From the NCBI RefSeq assembly GCF_009914755.1, contig NC_060931.1: a stretch of 64,000 nucleotides of DNA; one strand, written 5' to 3'. Positions 13,438 to 26,800 of this stretch are shown in pieces (the first letter of the stretch is position 1; the number at the start of each line of letters is the position of its first letter). The translations under genes were made by a program, and so were the position numbers. A model generated the notes under the pieces. The model ran no database searches. It saw only the letters and a program-made list of their open reading frames with translations, and was not told where the DNA came from. The stretch comes from the human T2T-CHM13v2.0 reference genome, Homo sapiens.

Positions 13438-15340
13438 CCCATCCCTCTTCTTGCCCTCTGAAGCCTGGCCAGACCAGGCCTGTGTGAGCTCCTCCTCTTT
13501 CGTGACCACGTGAATCTGGAGCTGATGACTCATTCATCGAGATCAAGAGGCACTCCCTCCTCTCATTCTCTTGGTCTGGCAGTCTCCTCCACTTTTCCAC
13601 TTTTTCCTTTTCAAACTCCTCTCCTTACCGCTCCCCCTAACTGGGAGTGATTGTCAAGTAAATGATAACTTGACCTCTGAATATCAGAAGCAGTTGAAGA
13701 CAGCTAGAGACTGGAAGACACAGGAAGGTGTGGAAGAACGGGCTTCTCACTCCCTCAACTCTAGAGTCTGGGCCAATGTCAAGGGCCAAAAGGCAGGAGC
13801 TGATGGCTGCTGCCGGTTCTCTTCCAAGGGCTATGGTTGGGGGTATGATCCCAGTTAAAGGGAGATGTTTAAGAGGGCTGGTAGGCTACTTATTTTCATC
13901 TGCAGCCTACAATCTTAGCATCAAGTCCTCCCCTGAATAATGTGGCACAGGATAATATTTGTTATCAATCATATGCCTCAATTGACTATTTTTAACACCA
14001 GAGATGAGTTCCCATGTAAAATCACTTTCCCTCTTCCCACCTCCCACCTCACCAAAATCCAGACAGCAAAACTTAAAAATACTAATGTTCATTATAAGAC
14101 GGATTCTGCCTGCATGTGAATTTAATGCCACCAGTATAGAACATGATGAAAAAAAAGTCAAAGTGACCAACAACTTGTATAAGACTTCTGGGTACATTCA
14201 GGGGCTTATGTACAGTAAAATACCACAATTTTATTTCCAGTCTTACTAAGAGTTTATACCTTATGGTACCACTACAAGTCAAACCTGAATATTAACAAGG
14301 CAAATGAAGAGAAACTCTCAAAATGAAAACTTTCCTAACTGCCAAGTGGTGGACCAAGAGCCAAAGCTAAAGTTGAATCTTCGTGCAGCCTGGAGACGCC
14401 CGATGAGTGCCACGTTTGGCTGGGGTGTAAATGCAGCCACGGACCCCACAGAGTGCTCCCCAAGAGCTGGGGAAATGAACTGCTGGTAGGGAAAACTGCT
14501 ATCGGGAAAACTTAGAAGTCAGGAAATGCAATCAGAGAAAAGCGGTCATATTTTGTTGGCGTTAACAGGGCTGCCTAATTCAATCATCACAATGAAGCCC
14601 ACATACCAAATGGAACCTTGAAGTTCTCAGGATTAAGATTTAGGCAGTCCAAGTGTGTCATTTTGAAGTTATGTATGTTATATGCTGTCTTATAAGAAAG
14701 AATTGGCTTGCTATCCAATTTGGAATGAAAATAAATATTTCTTGTGAAACAGCCCAGAATTACTTTCACACAACATCATTTATATGTATTAGCTAAATTG
14801 CAAGTTCCTCACAGGTAACATCTTCCTGTCTCAGTTACCTTATGTCTGTTGATGGTGAAGAATACTGGGTCTGCTATGGGGGAGGTGTGCAGAAATGTTT
14901 CTCACCTGATGAGCCCAGCCTGGAACTTTCCTATTACAAACCTGCCCATCTCTGCCACACACAGCTTCCCATTGGTCCAAGGGTCATATCTGGCCCTACA
15001 TGTAATCGTGTGGCTCAGAAATCCCAAGCTATGGCTTGCGCTTTGCTTGAAGAGGAGCCAGGACTAACTGGGGTCTGGAGACTTCTAACTCCAAAATGAG
15101 AAAAAGAGGACTGGGAAGGAGTCAGGTGGTGAGTCAATCAACAGGAGAGCGGCAGAGCTTCCCTGACAGGACAGGGACAAAGGCCTCAGGCAGCCTGTGA
15201 GGGGGAAAGACGCTGGGTGGATGTCCTTGCTCACCATCCACAGTGAGAGCTCACGCAGGGTGCCGGGCACCTCGGTGTGCACAGGGGGCTGGGGGAGCCT
15301 CAAGGTGGGGCCCAATCTATGCAGGTCCATGAGAAGCGGT

Positions 15341-15370
15341 GGGGGCGGGGGTGGGGGAGTGCGGGGAGGG
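15341..15370 (+). other. G-quadruplex-forming G-tract cluster with GC box
   Basis: GGGGGCGGGGGTGGGGGAGTGCGGGGAGGG. Confidence 0.6.
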
Positions 15371-15639
15371 ACAGCTGACACAGCAGGTTTAAAGGGATGC
15401 CAGGGGAAAGCGCTTGGGAAATGAGCTGCACCCAGAAAGCCCTCAGACCCATTCCTGAACACTTGCTTGCCCAACTACGTCAGTGTAAAGGGGTGGTGAA
15501 TGCATCAACACAAGGGCCATTTGCTAGAGCATCGGTCCCTATTTAGTGGTATGAGCAGTGCACACAGAGTCAGGGGAGGGCAGAGGGCCAAGAAGAGTAG
15601 GGACATACAGCAGGCTGTGGACAGATGCTGGCTTCCCTA

Positions 15640-16216
15640 TGCTACAGTTTTGATGTTTGTCCCCCTCCAATCTTATGTTGAAATGTGATCTCCAGTGTTG
15701 GAGGTGGGAACTAATGGGAGGTATTTGGGTCATGGGGACAGATCCCTCATGAACGGCTTAGTGTTGTCCTCGCAGTAATAAATGAGTTCTTGCTCTATTT
15801 GTTCCCACGAGAGCTAGTTGTAAAAAAGAGCCAGCCCCAGCACTTTGGGGTGGGGGGCCAAGGTGGGAGGATCGTTTGTGCCCAGGAGTTCGAGACCAGC
15901 CTGGGCAACATAGTGAGACACTGTCTCTACAAAAAATAGAAATAAATTTTAAAAATAAAATAAAATAAATACAAATTTAAAGAGCCTGGCACTCCCCTGC
16001 CCCCGCCTTGCTTCCTCCAGTGCCATGTAATCCGCACACGCCAGCTCCCCTTCACCTTCAGCCATGAGTGGGGGCAGCCTGTGGCCCTTACCAGATGCAG
16101 ATGACCAATCTTGAACTTTTGCAGACATCAGAATCATGAGCGAAATAAACTTCTTTTCTTTATAAATTACCCAGTCTCAGGTATTCCTTGATAGCAACAC
16201 TAAAGGGACTCAGACA
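15640..16216 (+). mobile_element. MST-type MaLR solo LTR interrupted by an Alu monomer
   Basis: tgctacagttttgatgtttgtcccc...gactcagaca; near-TSD cccta/tccta. Confidence 0.85.
15836..15978 (+). mobile_element. 5'-truncated Alu left monomer (FLAM-like)
   Basis: cccagcactttgg...gagttcgagaccagcctgggcaac with an A-rich tail; TSD aaagagcc. Confidence 0.85.
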
Positions 16217-18374
16217 TCCTACGAACCGGGTGTTTGATCCTGGACAATCTCGGCCTGGGAAGCCTGCAAATGCTCACCTTTAGCATCTGGCCGAGAGCCT
16301 TAAGCCTCCAATGTATTTGACATAAAAAACAGGAATCTGTAATGAAGGAGGTGAGATTAGATAATTGCCAAGATCACTTTCAGGGACACAGTGTTGAGAT
16401 TCTGTGGGAAACCTCTTTTCTTTGGACAAAAGGAAAACGCCCCCCTACCCTTACTATCACAGTGTGGTATTGGCTCTATATGTGGCTAGCTGCAGAGCTG
16501 GTTTATATGTCTCTATAGTTCCATAGTTTCGATTGTGCAAACATCTGGCACCCTTGCTGATAAAACCGAACATCAAATAACACTGCAGTTGCTGGTAATT
16601 TAGCACTCTGACGAGCCCGTCCCCATTATGACTAAGAAAGTTCAGTGTTCATATCTGCGGAGAGAGTGACAACAAACTTAGGCCCTCTTTTCATGTAATA
16701 AGACAATAATAGCAGATAGCCAATGTCATTAAGTCTTGCTCTTTTGCAACCCTGCTCCCTGCCTACCCAAGAGTAATATGTGGCTTGGAATCACTTACAC
16801 TCTGACCTGGCACTGCTGCATGGAGCACAATTTCTATGTGAAACACTGGACCAAAATGAAAGCCTGACCCTTCACCTCATGAGCCCTCATAAACCATGTG
16901 GGAAAAGTCTGGCACAGTGAGCTGCCCCACAGCAGCAAAACCAGCTGGGATAAGGAGGTGAGCCTGGTGTGGAGAGAGCTGGCTGGGGACCAGCTGGCTT
17001 GACTCCTTCCTGGCTCTGCGTCCAGGGACAGGGCAGATTCTCAGTTTCCACCTGTGCAAGTGGGGATGAAACGGAGCTGCTCTGATGATTAAATGAAACT
17101 GTATACATCATGGTGCTCTGTCAAGTACAAAATTGTATTAATACCTCAAAAATAAATAATACATTAAAAACCGTGGCCTATGAAAAAAATCCAGAGTTTT
17201 TGGGGAATAGAAATATACGTGGTATACTTATTTCTCCTTTCAGGGAAGGTATTAAATCCACCAAAACCAGGATATTTATAAAAAGATGATTTCTACGCAT
17301 TCATATATTAAAAAATAAAACTTAAGGTAACAGGTTTTTGATATAACATTACAGGCATATCAGTAGACAGTAGATGGACAGCTTTTTGGTTTTCTAAAAA
17401 TTTTAAATAGGCCAGTGCTCAAAGAAATGACCAACCTGGTGCAGTTTCTAATTCTGAAGTATCTGAAACAGTATTTTCTTTTTTAAAGAAATACATACAT
17501 TTAATAACATTTGAAGCTCATTTTCATTTGGCACCAACAACTACCTAGAACATAACCCAGAACCTGGAAGTGAACTCAAAAAGGCCTTTGAGCACCAAAA
17601 ATAGATGTAAAATCTGTGCATTAAGCTCATGCACACTGGCTACAGAGAGGGTGTCAGGCCCTCCCCGAGAGCCTGCTTAATGCCAAGGTCAAAGGTATAG
17701 AGCTAGCTCTGTATACCCTGCACTATGTTCCCACATCCTAGACTTTCACAGCAATCCTACTAAGGGAGCAGGACAGGTTCTTTTCCTGTGTACAGAGAGG
17801 GGTGACCGTGGCTCCCTGACATGAAGTAGGTTTCTATTGTCATCTGTAGAATTTGGGGTGGGGGAATGGTTAGATCCCACATGATAGTAATTGCATTGTT
17901 ACTATCTCCCAATTGAGAAAATACAAAATACCAAAAAGTCACAGTAGGCAAGTCACATTTTCCAATTTATTAATCACAATAGCATCTATATGCATCAGAA
18001 AAAAAAACAGTTATGTGCTTACGTCCCAAACATAATTTCGTCAGTACCCATTATGTGGGTGGAGCATATGCAGATTCTCACACATTCGTGATAAATGCCC
18101 ATCCTAGGCAGGGAAGAAGTACGGCTCTAAATTTCAGGAGCCAAGGGCTTGCTTAAGGCCACATGCCCAGCTTGGGGCTAGAAGCCAGGTCGTTTGGTTC
18201 CTATGCCAATATTTTTTCCATTACCTCCAACAGGTTTGGTGACTTGATTCTGCTGTCATGAAGAGATGGGAACACGACATTAGAACAGGAGAGAGCCACT
18301 GCAGGAAGGGGCTGGCATAATGACAACAGTTCCTAACCCCAAGAGGAACAGAGACCAACCACTGTGAGAAGATG

Positions 18375-18560
18375 CAAAGCTTTTGGAGGCAGAAAGACTC
18401 CAAAGGCTCTATCACTTAGTGATTATAGGATTTGGGGCAAGTTACTTAACCTCCTTGAGCTTGTTTCCTCATCTACAGAATGGAAAAAATGCCTTGTGAA
18501 GAACAGAGAAAATGCATGTAAAATTCCTTGCATATAACAGGCACTTAATAAATGGCAGCT
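18375..18560 (+). mobile_element. MIR
   Basis: Core ggcaagttacttaacctccttgagcttgtttcctcatcta and tail ggcacttaataaatggcagcta. Confidence 0.75.
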
Positions 18561-18744
18561 AGAGTTAGAATTTTAACTCAATGAACACAGATACAAGGAG
18601 CCTTTTAACTGGAGCAAAGAGAATTAAACTCTAAGTAGAGCACCTAAGTGCATGTCTGTGTTTGAACACATTTCATCACATTTATAATAACCCTGAGGGA
18701 TTAGGAAGGGGTTCAGTTGGAGAGAGAGCAGCACTTGGTAGAAG

Positions 18745-18865
18745 AAACGTGTGTCTGGGGGTCAGACACACCTGGTTCAAATCCCAGCAGCACTACTTCT
18801 AGCCTTGTGCCACTTGGCAGTTGGTTTCCTCAGACTCAATTTTCTCATCCACTAAATGGGGAGTT
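18745..18865 (+). mobile_element. MIR fragment
   Basis: gtcagacacacctggttcaaatcccagc...ttttctcatcc. Confidence 0.6.
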
Positions 18866-21573
18866 GTCCCAAAGATTAAATGTAGGCCTCTGGCCTTTAG
18901 CAGATGCTTATTAAAATGCCAGTGCCATTCATTCCCCTTCGTCCTCTACTCTATATCAGAAGGTATGGGATGCTATGATGTCTTCCTGTTAAATTTTTGT
19001 CCAGAAAAAAAAAAAAAACATTTTAAGTATGGTGTTGAAATGGGTAAGTTTTAGTCACTTGGGAAATGTATACACACATGATATCTTTATTCTCCAATAA
19101 TGTGTGACTCAGGTAAACATTTCTAAAAACATGTGCACTTATCAGATACTAAAATGCAGTATCCCGCAGGCAGCAGGCACTCAATAAATGCTTGCTGCAA
19201 ACTGAACACATGAAAGGAGTGATAATCCAACTCTAAAAACAAGCCACTTCCACATGCATAAAGAGTGCAGTCTTTCCTTGAAGTGACTGATTCTAAACCG
19301 AGAAGAAACTTGGAACTGCAAAAGCAGAAATATACTTTTTTTCCTATTCAATAAATCATCAAGAAAGGTTAAGTCTGAAGGGTCTGCATTACTCAGTACA
19401 GAAGGTTTCTCAGATTTCTCTTTTGACCTGGCTGTAATAGATGCACTTCGAATTAGCAAAAATTCATCTGCTCTTTCTGACTCATGAAATAAACGGATGA
19501 ACTTTAATCCATCCTCCTGTAACTCTCACAGTCTGCCATGCTCCACTCTGCCAGAGACACGTGTGTCCTTACACGCTCCACAAGACACCAGATATGTATC
19601 AACAGAGCAAGGTTCTGTCACCTAGCCCAGTGATAGATACCCATTACCAACACAAAGATACCTCAGATCGATGATCATGACGTATCCCAGCAACACACGG
19701 CTCAGAGCTCCGACAGGTGTCTCCTCCCAAGGCAGGACCAAAGGCACGGGGCACTGTCATGCTGAGGGGTCATTCCTGCCCCAGCCCAGATCCACCTCTG
19801 GTCTCTGGAACCACGTGGGGAGTCTGTTGTGGTCTGCCTGGGTCTCAAAGCGTTCTCGCCACCTGCCAAGGTTCACTGATTGAGACAAGCCCACCATTCC
19901 CTGGTGGCCTGATCATTCCTGTGCGCATGGTCCATGGTCACATAAAAACAGAGATGGGGCACTCAGCTATGATAAATGGGGGAGGTAGTGTCTGCTTTGG
20001 TTTAGTGGAAAGATGTCAGTTGAACAGAGAAGGTGGAGGATGAGGGCTGGAAGGTGCAGAGTGAATGGGCAGGAGGACAAGGCTCTGCCTGTTAACCCCA
20101 GGACAGGTGACTGGCAACCATTTATGGGGCAAGGCAATGGCCTAACAGTTGCATGCAGACATTACAACAGAAAAGGAACAGTCAAACAAGGAATATCCTG
20201 CAAAACTGCTGAACCTGTGATATTTATCTGCCTCAGAAAACTGTTAAAACACAGAAATCCACAGGCTCGCCCCCTATTATATGGCCTGCTAATGTTTACT
20301 GGCATTTTTCCTAGCTAGCTGCTCCTAAACGTGCTCTTGCCTCTGGCTGCGAGGTTCGCCATTTTGTCAAGAAAACAAAACGCCTGTCTGTAGCTCAGTG
20401 CACGGACTTCACTCACAAACACCATCTCCATGAAAAAGTAATAAAAGTGAAATATAGTTTATTAATATTCATACTGTCTCCCACTGCCAGCAGCCATAAG
20501 TGTTCCATCATTAGAGGAGCAGGCTGCTTGCGGGCCGATTCCCAGGGAGCCGTGGTCCTCGTCATCAAAGTGACCATCACAGTGGGCGGCTCAGAACGGA
20601 GGGTTAGGCCTCACCGGAACTGCACGACTACTGTGTGGCCCGGGGCTGCCTTTCACCACCCGCTAGTTAGACAGCCTTGGGGGCTCGCCACTCCATCTCT
20701 TGGGGCCACCATGAAATGGGAAATGGGGCTGAGAACGCCAACCTGATTGCCTGACATCAATGCTACATGGGAAGGAAACCTCTGTACTTGAGAATAGAAG
20801 TAGATATATTTAAGCTTGAGGACATTAAAAAGTTATTCAAGAGGCCAGGGGAAAGCAAAGAATCAGAACAAATCAGAACTGCTCTACAGAATGGTTTACA
20901 GGACAAACAGTTCATTAAAACCCATATAAACTTCCAAGAGTAGAAAGAACACACACTCAAGATGAAAATTTAGGAAAGGAGGATTTACAATAGTTCCAAA
21001 ATATAATCTGCCAAAGATGTTTTGGACAAATTACCGAAAACTATGGAAGAAGCATGACTCAGGGATGAAATGGCTACAAAACCACAGTTCAGTGAAATCC
21101 TGTCCCACAGCTTAACTGTGATCAGAGTGATTTCTGTCTAATTTTCTGCACTGGACTCTCCTTGGGGGAAGGGCCTAGTTCTGATTCATCATAGCACACT
21201 GTCTTGCTCCTAATAGGTGTCCAATAAATGTTTCCTGAATTAAGGGGGGAAGAAAAGTATTAACAAATCAGGATTTGAGGAAGAACAGACATTCTAATCA
21301 ATGTTTAAGACTTCGGAGAACTGGCCAGAGGGAGAAAAAGTGTGCTGCAGATGAACAGAAGGAAACCAAGGCAAAGAGAATGTACCCAGAAAGCCATTGA
21401 TAACGTGATGTTTGTTGAAGGTCAGTGATTTTGTTGATAGTAGGGTGGGGGATGCAACTACGTAAATACACAGTGGTAAGATGCAGATTTCTTTCTTATA
21501 TAAAGGCCTGTGACAATGAAATATAATTATCCATGTGGCAAACCAGGAATGGGAAGAGAAAAAAAGCAGTCTT

Positions 21574-21887
21574 GGCTGGGCAGGGTGGCTCACATCTATA
21601 ATCCCAGCGCTTTGGGAGGTGGAGACAGGAGGATCACTTGAGGCCAGGAGTTTGAGACAAGTCTGGGCATCATAGTGAGACCCCCCGCCACCAATCCCTA
21701 CAAAAAATTTTAAAAACTAGAAAGGCACAGTGACACACACCTGTAGCCCCAGCTACTGGGGAGGCTGAGGGAGGGGGATGGCTTAAGGTCAGGAGTTTGA
21801 GGTTGCAGTGAGCTGCGAGTGCACCACTATACTTTAGCCAGGGTGACTGAATGAGACCCTGCCTCAAAAAAAAAAAAGGTAGAAAAA
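21574..21887 (+). mobile_element. AluJ
   Basis: Dimer with poly-A; flanking repeat aaa(a/t)gcagtctt. Confidence 0.92.
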
Positions 21888-22139
21888 GAAAAATGCAGTC
21901 TTTTCTGATTAGGGAAGATAGTTGATGATAAAACAAAACCAAACCCAGATACTTTTCACTTCCTCTAAATGGCAGCACAAAGAAATGGACATAAAAGTAA
22001 AGGGGGCGGGGTGAAAAGAGTAAAGGGGGAAGAGTCACACAGGCTGAAAGGAACACTCACATCTTCCTGGCGTCAACACTCAGAGGTGACACGTTTCAGA
22101 GCATTGCTTCCTCAGAGAGATGAATGTTTCTGTGCATCC

Positions 22140-22330
22140 CCACAGGCCAGGCACTGCATGTGTGGATTTCATCTAATCCTTAAAACTTCTATAAGACAGC
22201 ATTATGATCCCCAGTTTAGGGGTCAGGAAGCCGGGATGCAGAAAGTTAAGTAACTTGCCAAGGACACACGAGGGTAGTCAGTTGCAGAAATGGAATTTTA
22301 TTTAGGCTTACCATCTCTAAAGCCAACTAT
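22140..22330 (-). mobile_element. MIR
   Basis: cagaaagttaagtaacttgccaaggacacac is a reverse MIR core. Confidence 0.65.
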
Positions 22331-22924
22331 ACCACAGACTTTAGAATTATTGAAATATCATAGACAAAATACTCCCCCTTTCGCCTCCTCCCCGACCCCC
22401 TGCCAGGGATCAGTCCTTCTTGTAAGACAGAGAGAGCACCCAGAGGCAGCTGGCCTGGCTTTACCTCCTGCCTCGCTGTGCACACTACACCTGTTCTTCA
22501 GATAACACCACCACTTCCATCAGGGCAACGCCGAGCTCTGCTTACACACAGGTGCCCAGGGGCCTCAGAGAGAGCTGCAGTAAAGCTGCTCCTTTTCTCT
22601 CCGAGTGAAGGAGAAAACAAAATATTTACCTTACTGTTTCAGCCTACAGCCGGAAAAGTATAAATCATCTTCGCAAATCTGCTTTTGTCAGGATTTATAA
22701 AATCAGCTCCTATGGCGACGACACAAACACAGCTCTCAAAGATACTCTCATTCTACCTGGCATCTCTAACAATGCTAGGTCCCACATACAAATAAACCAA
22801 AAAGGGCCTGAATCTCAGTTCCTGGTAAAAATCTCATCCCATTCCTACTTAGCCTAAAGGTTTTTTTTTTTCTGTTTAAAAAATAATTAAACAGAAAATT
22901 AATTTTTTTCCCTTTTCTGTTTAA

Positions 22925-23880
22925 AAAATAATTTATTGAGGTGAATCACATGCGTAAAATTAGTCTTTTTAAAGTGAACAACTCAGTGGCATTTAGTACA
23001 TTCATCACTCATAACGTTGTACAAACCATCACGTCTATCTAGTTCCAAAATATTTTCATCATTTGGAAGTAAAATCCCTTATCTATTAAGAATTTATCCT
23101 ATTATCCCCTCCTCCCAGCCACCAATATGCATTCTGTCTTAATGGAATTTTTTATTTTTTTTTTTTTTTTTGAGACGGAGTCTCGCTCTGTCGCCCAGAC
23201 TGGAGTGCATTGGCACGATCTTGGCTCACTGCAGCCTCCGCCTCCTAGGCTCAAGTGATTCTCATGCCTCAGCCTCCTGAGGATTACAGGTGCACGCCAC
23301 CACGCCTGGCTAGTTTTTTGTATTTTTAAGTAGAGACAAGGTTTCGTTATGTTGGCCAGGCTGGTCTTGAACTCCTGGCCTCAAGTGATCTGTCCATCTT
23401 GGCCTCCCAAAGCGCTGGAGTTACAGGCATGAGCTACTGCACCTAGCCATCTTAATGGATTTTTCTATGCTGGGTATTTCATATAAAGAGTATCATACGA
23501 TACGTGTATGCCTTCTTTCACTTAGCATGATGTTTTGGGTGTATGTTCATGTTGTAGCATTTATCAGTACATTTTTCCTTTTCGTGGCGAAATAATATTC
23601 CATTGTATGTCTATACCACCATTTGCATATACGTTCATCCACTGATGGACATTTGGGCTGCTTCCACCATTTGGCTGTTGTAAACAGTGTTGCTATGAAC
23701 ATGCATGTACAAGTATTTGTTCGAGTCCTTGTTTGCACTTCTTTTGGGTGTATACCTAGGAATGGAATTGCAGCAATCATATGGCAATTCTATGCTTACG
23801 TTTTTGACGAACTGCCAAACTGTTTTCTACAGTGGCTGTGCCATTTTACATTCGTACCAGCGATGTAAGAGCGTTCCTGA
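22925..23880 (-). mobile_element. Old L1M (MB-like) 3' fragment interrupted by an Alu
   Basis: ORF 23547-23780 matches the L1 ORF2 C-terminus (MFIATLFTTAKWWKQPKCPS). Confidence 0.85.
23148..23448 (-). mobile_element. Alu (Jb/Sz-like)
   Basis: Dimer; TSD tcttaatgga at 23137-23146 and 23450-23459. Confidence 0.93.
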
Positions 23881-26800
23881 AAAAGTTATTTTAAACATAA
23901 TTTATGAAACAAAAATCCTGAAATGATTTTCATTAACACTGACCTTTGTAGCTCATGAAAGGATTGGGCGATTTATATAACAGCTTTCCTTCAACAGGCC
24001 CTGTGAAATCTCTAATCCTTACCACCCACCCCGCCACCATCAAGTACAGGGAATATGTTAATCACCAGCACAGACACCCAGAAAGGTTCCAGTCTAGCTC
24101 CTTGACCAGGACTAACACCCAGGACACAGCTATAGAACAAAAGTTCCAAACCTCAAAAGTTCCATCAAATGCAAGGAGGCATATATTATACCACAGATTT
24201 TACATGCAGCAAGAAGTTACAGCAGAGAAGAGCAGAGTGCCCAAAGAAAGATGAATAGAGAAATGAAACCTGAGTAGGACCTTGAAGGACGGGTATAATA
24301 AATAATAAAAACGACGACCCACGCAGAGCACACAGCACCACAGCTGCCACGATCCGAACAACCTGCTTGACTGAGGGCGGCCCAGCCGGCTGCCGACGCA
24401 CAGTAGCTTGGGCAGCAAGAACCGTGAGACAGAGATACTGGAGAGTGGCACCCGCCATCTCTCCCACCAGCCTGGGGCAGTATCTCATTTCCCCAGGGCC
24501 GCAGGGAGTACATCTCCTGAAAAAGATCTCCCTTCCTACTTGCTAGGAAAGGCGATGTTGTCATGTTTCATTAGAAACATTCAATTTCTATGGCAAAACA
24601 AACTCAGCAATCCTCACGCTGTGCAGGCGAAATGGAAAGTATTTAAGTGTGGTGAGTCTCGCTTGCTAGATGGAAAGGAGGATAATGTGAATATGTATAG
24701 GCTCCCTCCCCGCCTCCTCTTTATCACCTGGGGAAGAGGACCATGCTTAGGCCACATGTACCTGCCATCCACAGCCTCCAACCCAGCAAGAAGTTACGTT
24801 TTGTCCAGGAGAAGTCTCACTAAGGAGCAGGAGAGTGTAAGCCCCTCAGGTACACCCTGCTATCAGGAGGCAAGGCTGGGCCTGCAGCTGGGGAGGGTGG
24901 AGCTGGCATAGGTCCCTCTGCACCAGGCACAAGGTGGCCTTTCCCATGGCAGAACCCCTCACCCTTCACCTTTGGTGATCTTAGGAGATGACTGCTGTCC
25001 AGCTGGCATGGCTGTCACCTGCATCCCTCCCATTGACATTCTCAGGGTCAATTCCAGGCTGCCCCAGGTCTGAATCCCTCACAGCACTGGGTCACAATCT
25101 GCGCACGCCAGGGGTGTGCGGAGTGAATGCACAGATGTGCCCTCCCGGGAGGCACACCCTGGAAAACATGCATGCTTCCTGTGGCTGCACACTATGCCAC
25201 CTTTGTCTGGGGCACTGAATCATTAATTCTGGAGCAGGGGCAGTGCTGCTCTGTGCAGTGGTGTCAGCATCATCATTGCCTCGGACAGAATGGAGCAGTG
25301 ATGCAGATATACGACGTCTGTGCTAACCAAGCATGAGGTTCCCAATGGGACAGGAAAACAAATCCTCAGTGGCGCTCTCTAGAGGGCAGGACACTTGCCT
25401 GTGCGAGGTGGGGGGAGGGGAGGGCTGACGTGAGACTGCTGAAATCAGACGTGTTTTCAAGGGTGCCTGAGGCCAGGCCTTTCTAGAGGAGCTGGGGGTT
25501 TCCTGCTGTGCACACCACAGCCTGGGGACCCTCAACACGCCTGCTTTCTGCAAGGAATCATCTGGACAGAGTGGGACACAGAGGCTGTACCGTTGTAGTG
25601 GTCACCAACATGTGGGTGACCTGAGGCCACGCACTGACCACACAGTGCCCTACGTGATGGGGACAATAAGGCTGCAAGAGCTACCTCAGAGCTATGATGA
25701 CGGTCACAAAAAGCCCTTTCCTGCAAATACTCAGAAAACGTGAGTCACCATCATCAGCAACGACCTGCTTCAATACAAACTCTTATGTTTAGTTCAAATA
25801 GAGAGCCATGCACCCAACTTCTTAAATGGGTATTTCCTTTGTGTACATCCACGCTGTATTTTCTGAAATCTGCACGTTTACAGTTAACCCTCCCACTCTG
25901 GTCAATCTATAAATGATATTTCCTCTCCTCAGTTCATTTCTCTCGTGAGGCTTTCTCAGCAGAATTCCCCTCTTGGTCCATGTGGGACTGAGTCTCGCAG
26001 GCAGCACTGCGGCTCATTTTTCTGAGGCCTTCCTGTTCCTATGCTCTCACTCAAACGGGGTGTGCCCAGAAGAGATGGTCTCTCTCCAAAGAAGCCCCAG
26101 CACATTCCTCAAACCCAGAGCGGCCTCCTCCTTCTGCAGAGCCATGCACATAGTAGGTATTCAAAATCACTTGCAGAATAAACTTTACGAAGCCAAGCAC
26201 TGAGAAGAAAGAAAAGACAGACCTTTCTATACAAACCTTGACATGCAATAGAAAGAGAAACAGTTCGGAAAAATTTAAAAATAGCACATTTCTCAGAGAA
26301 AATCTATCTTCAATCTTTCTGTTTCTGTCAGCGCCAGCACCAAACTAACTGGGACCTGCATGGCGTCCTGTGGGGAGCCACGTGAATGCGTTTCTTGCAA
26401 GGGCAGCCCCGATGGAGGAAGGTAAAGCAGTGAACCGGCATCACTCCAGAGGCTGGAATTTCTCCTCTTTGTGCCCAGTGTCTAAGTCGGGTGGTGTCTG
26501 GAGATTCCCTATCTACTTCCAACGTGTCCACCTGGATTAGTCTGAGAACCTTAGAAACACAAACAGATAGCGGGAGGAGAAGAACAGGGAAAAGCCAGGG
26601 ACAGAGAGGCCACGGTGAGAAATAGTAATGTATTTATAGTCTCGGCTAACTGCAGGACGTGAAGAGGCTGTGAGGCTAGACATGAGGCTTAAAACTTACC
26701 AAGACCTTTCCTGTTCCCAAAGCCCTCACCTAGAACGTCGGCTCTCATCCAGTGAGCTGTGGCAAAGTCATGTCGGAGAGGTGGTGAGACTTAGCCCAAC

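Noticed and set aside
26040-26702. Isolated strong minus-strand splice signals (donor TTG|GTAAGT at 26700; acceptor tcttttctttcttctcag at 26200)
   Set aside because: I could not pair either with a convincing partner to define an exon, and such sites are common in long introns.
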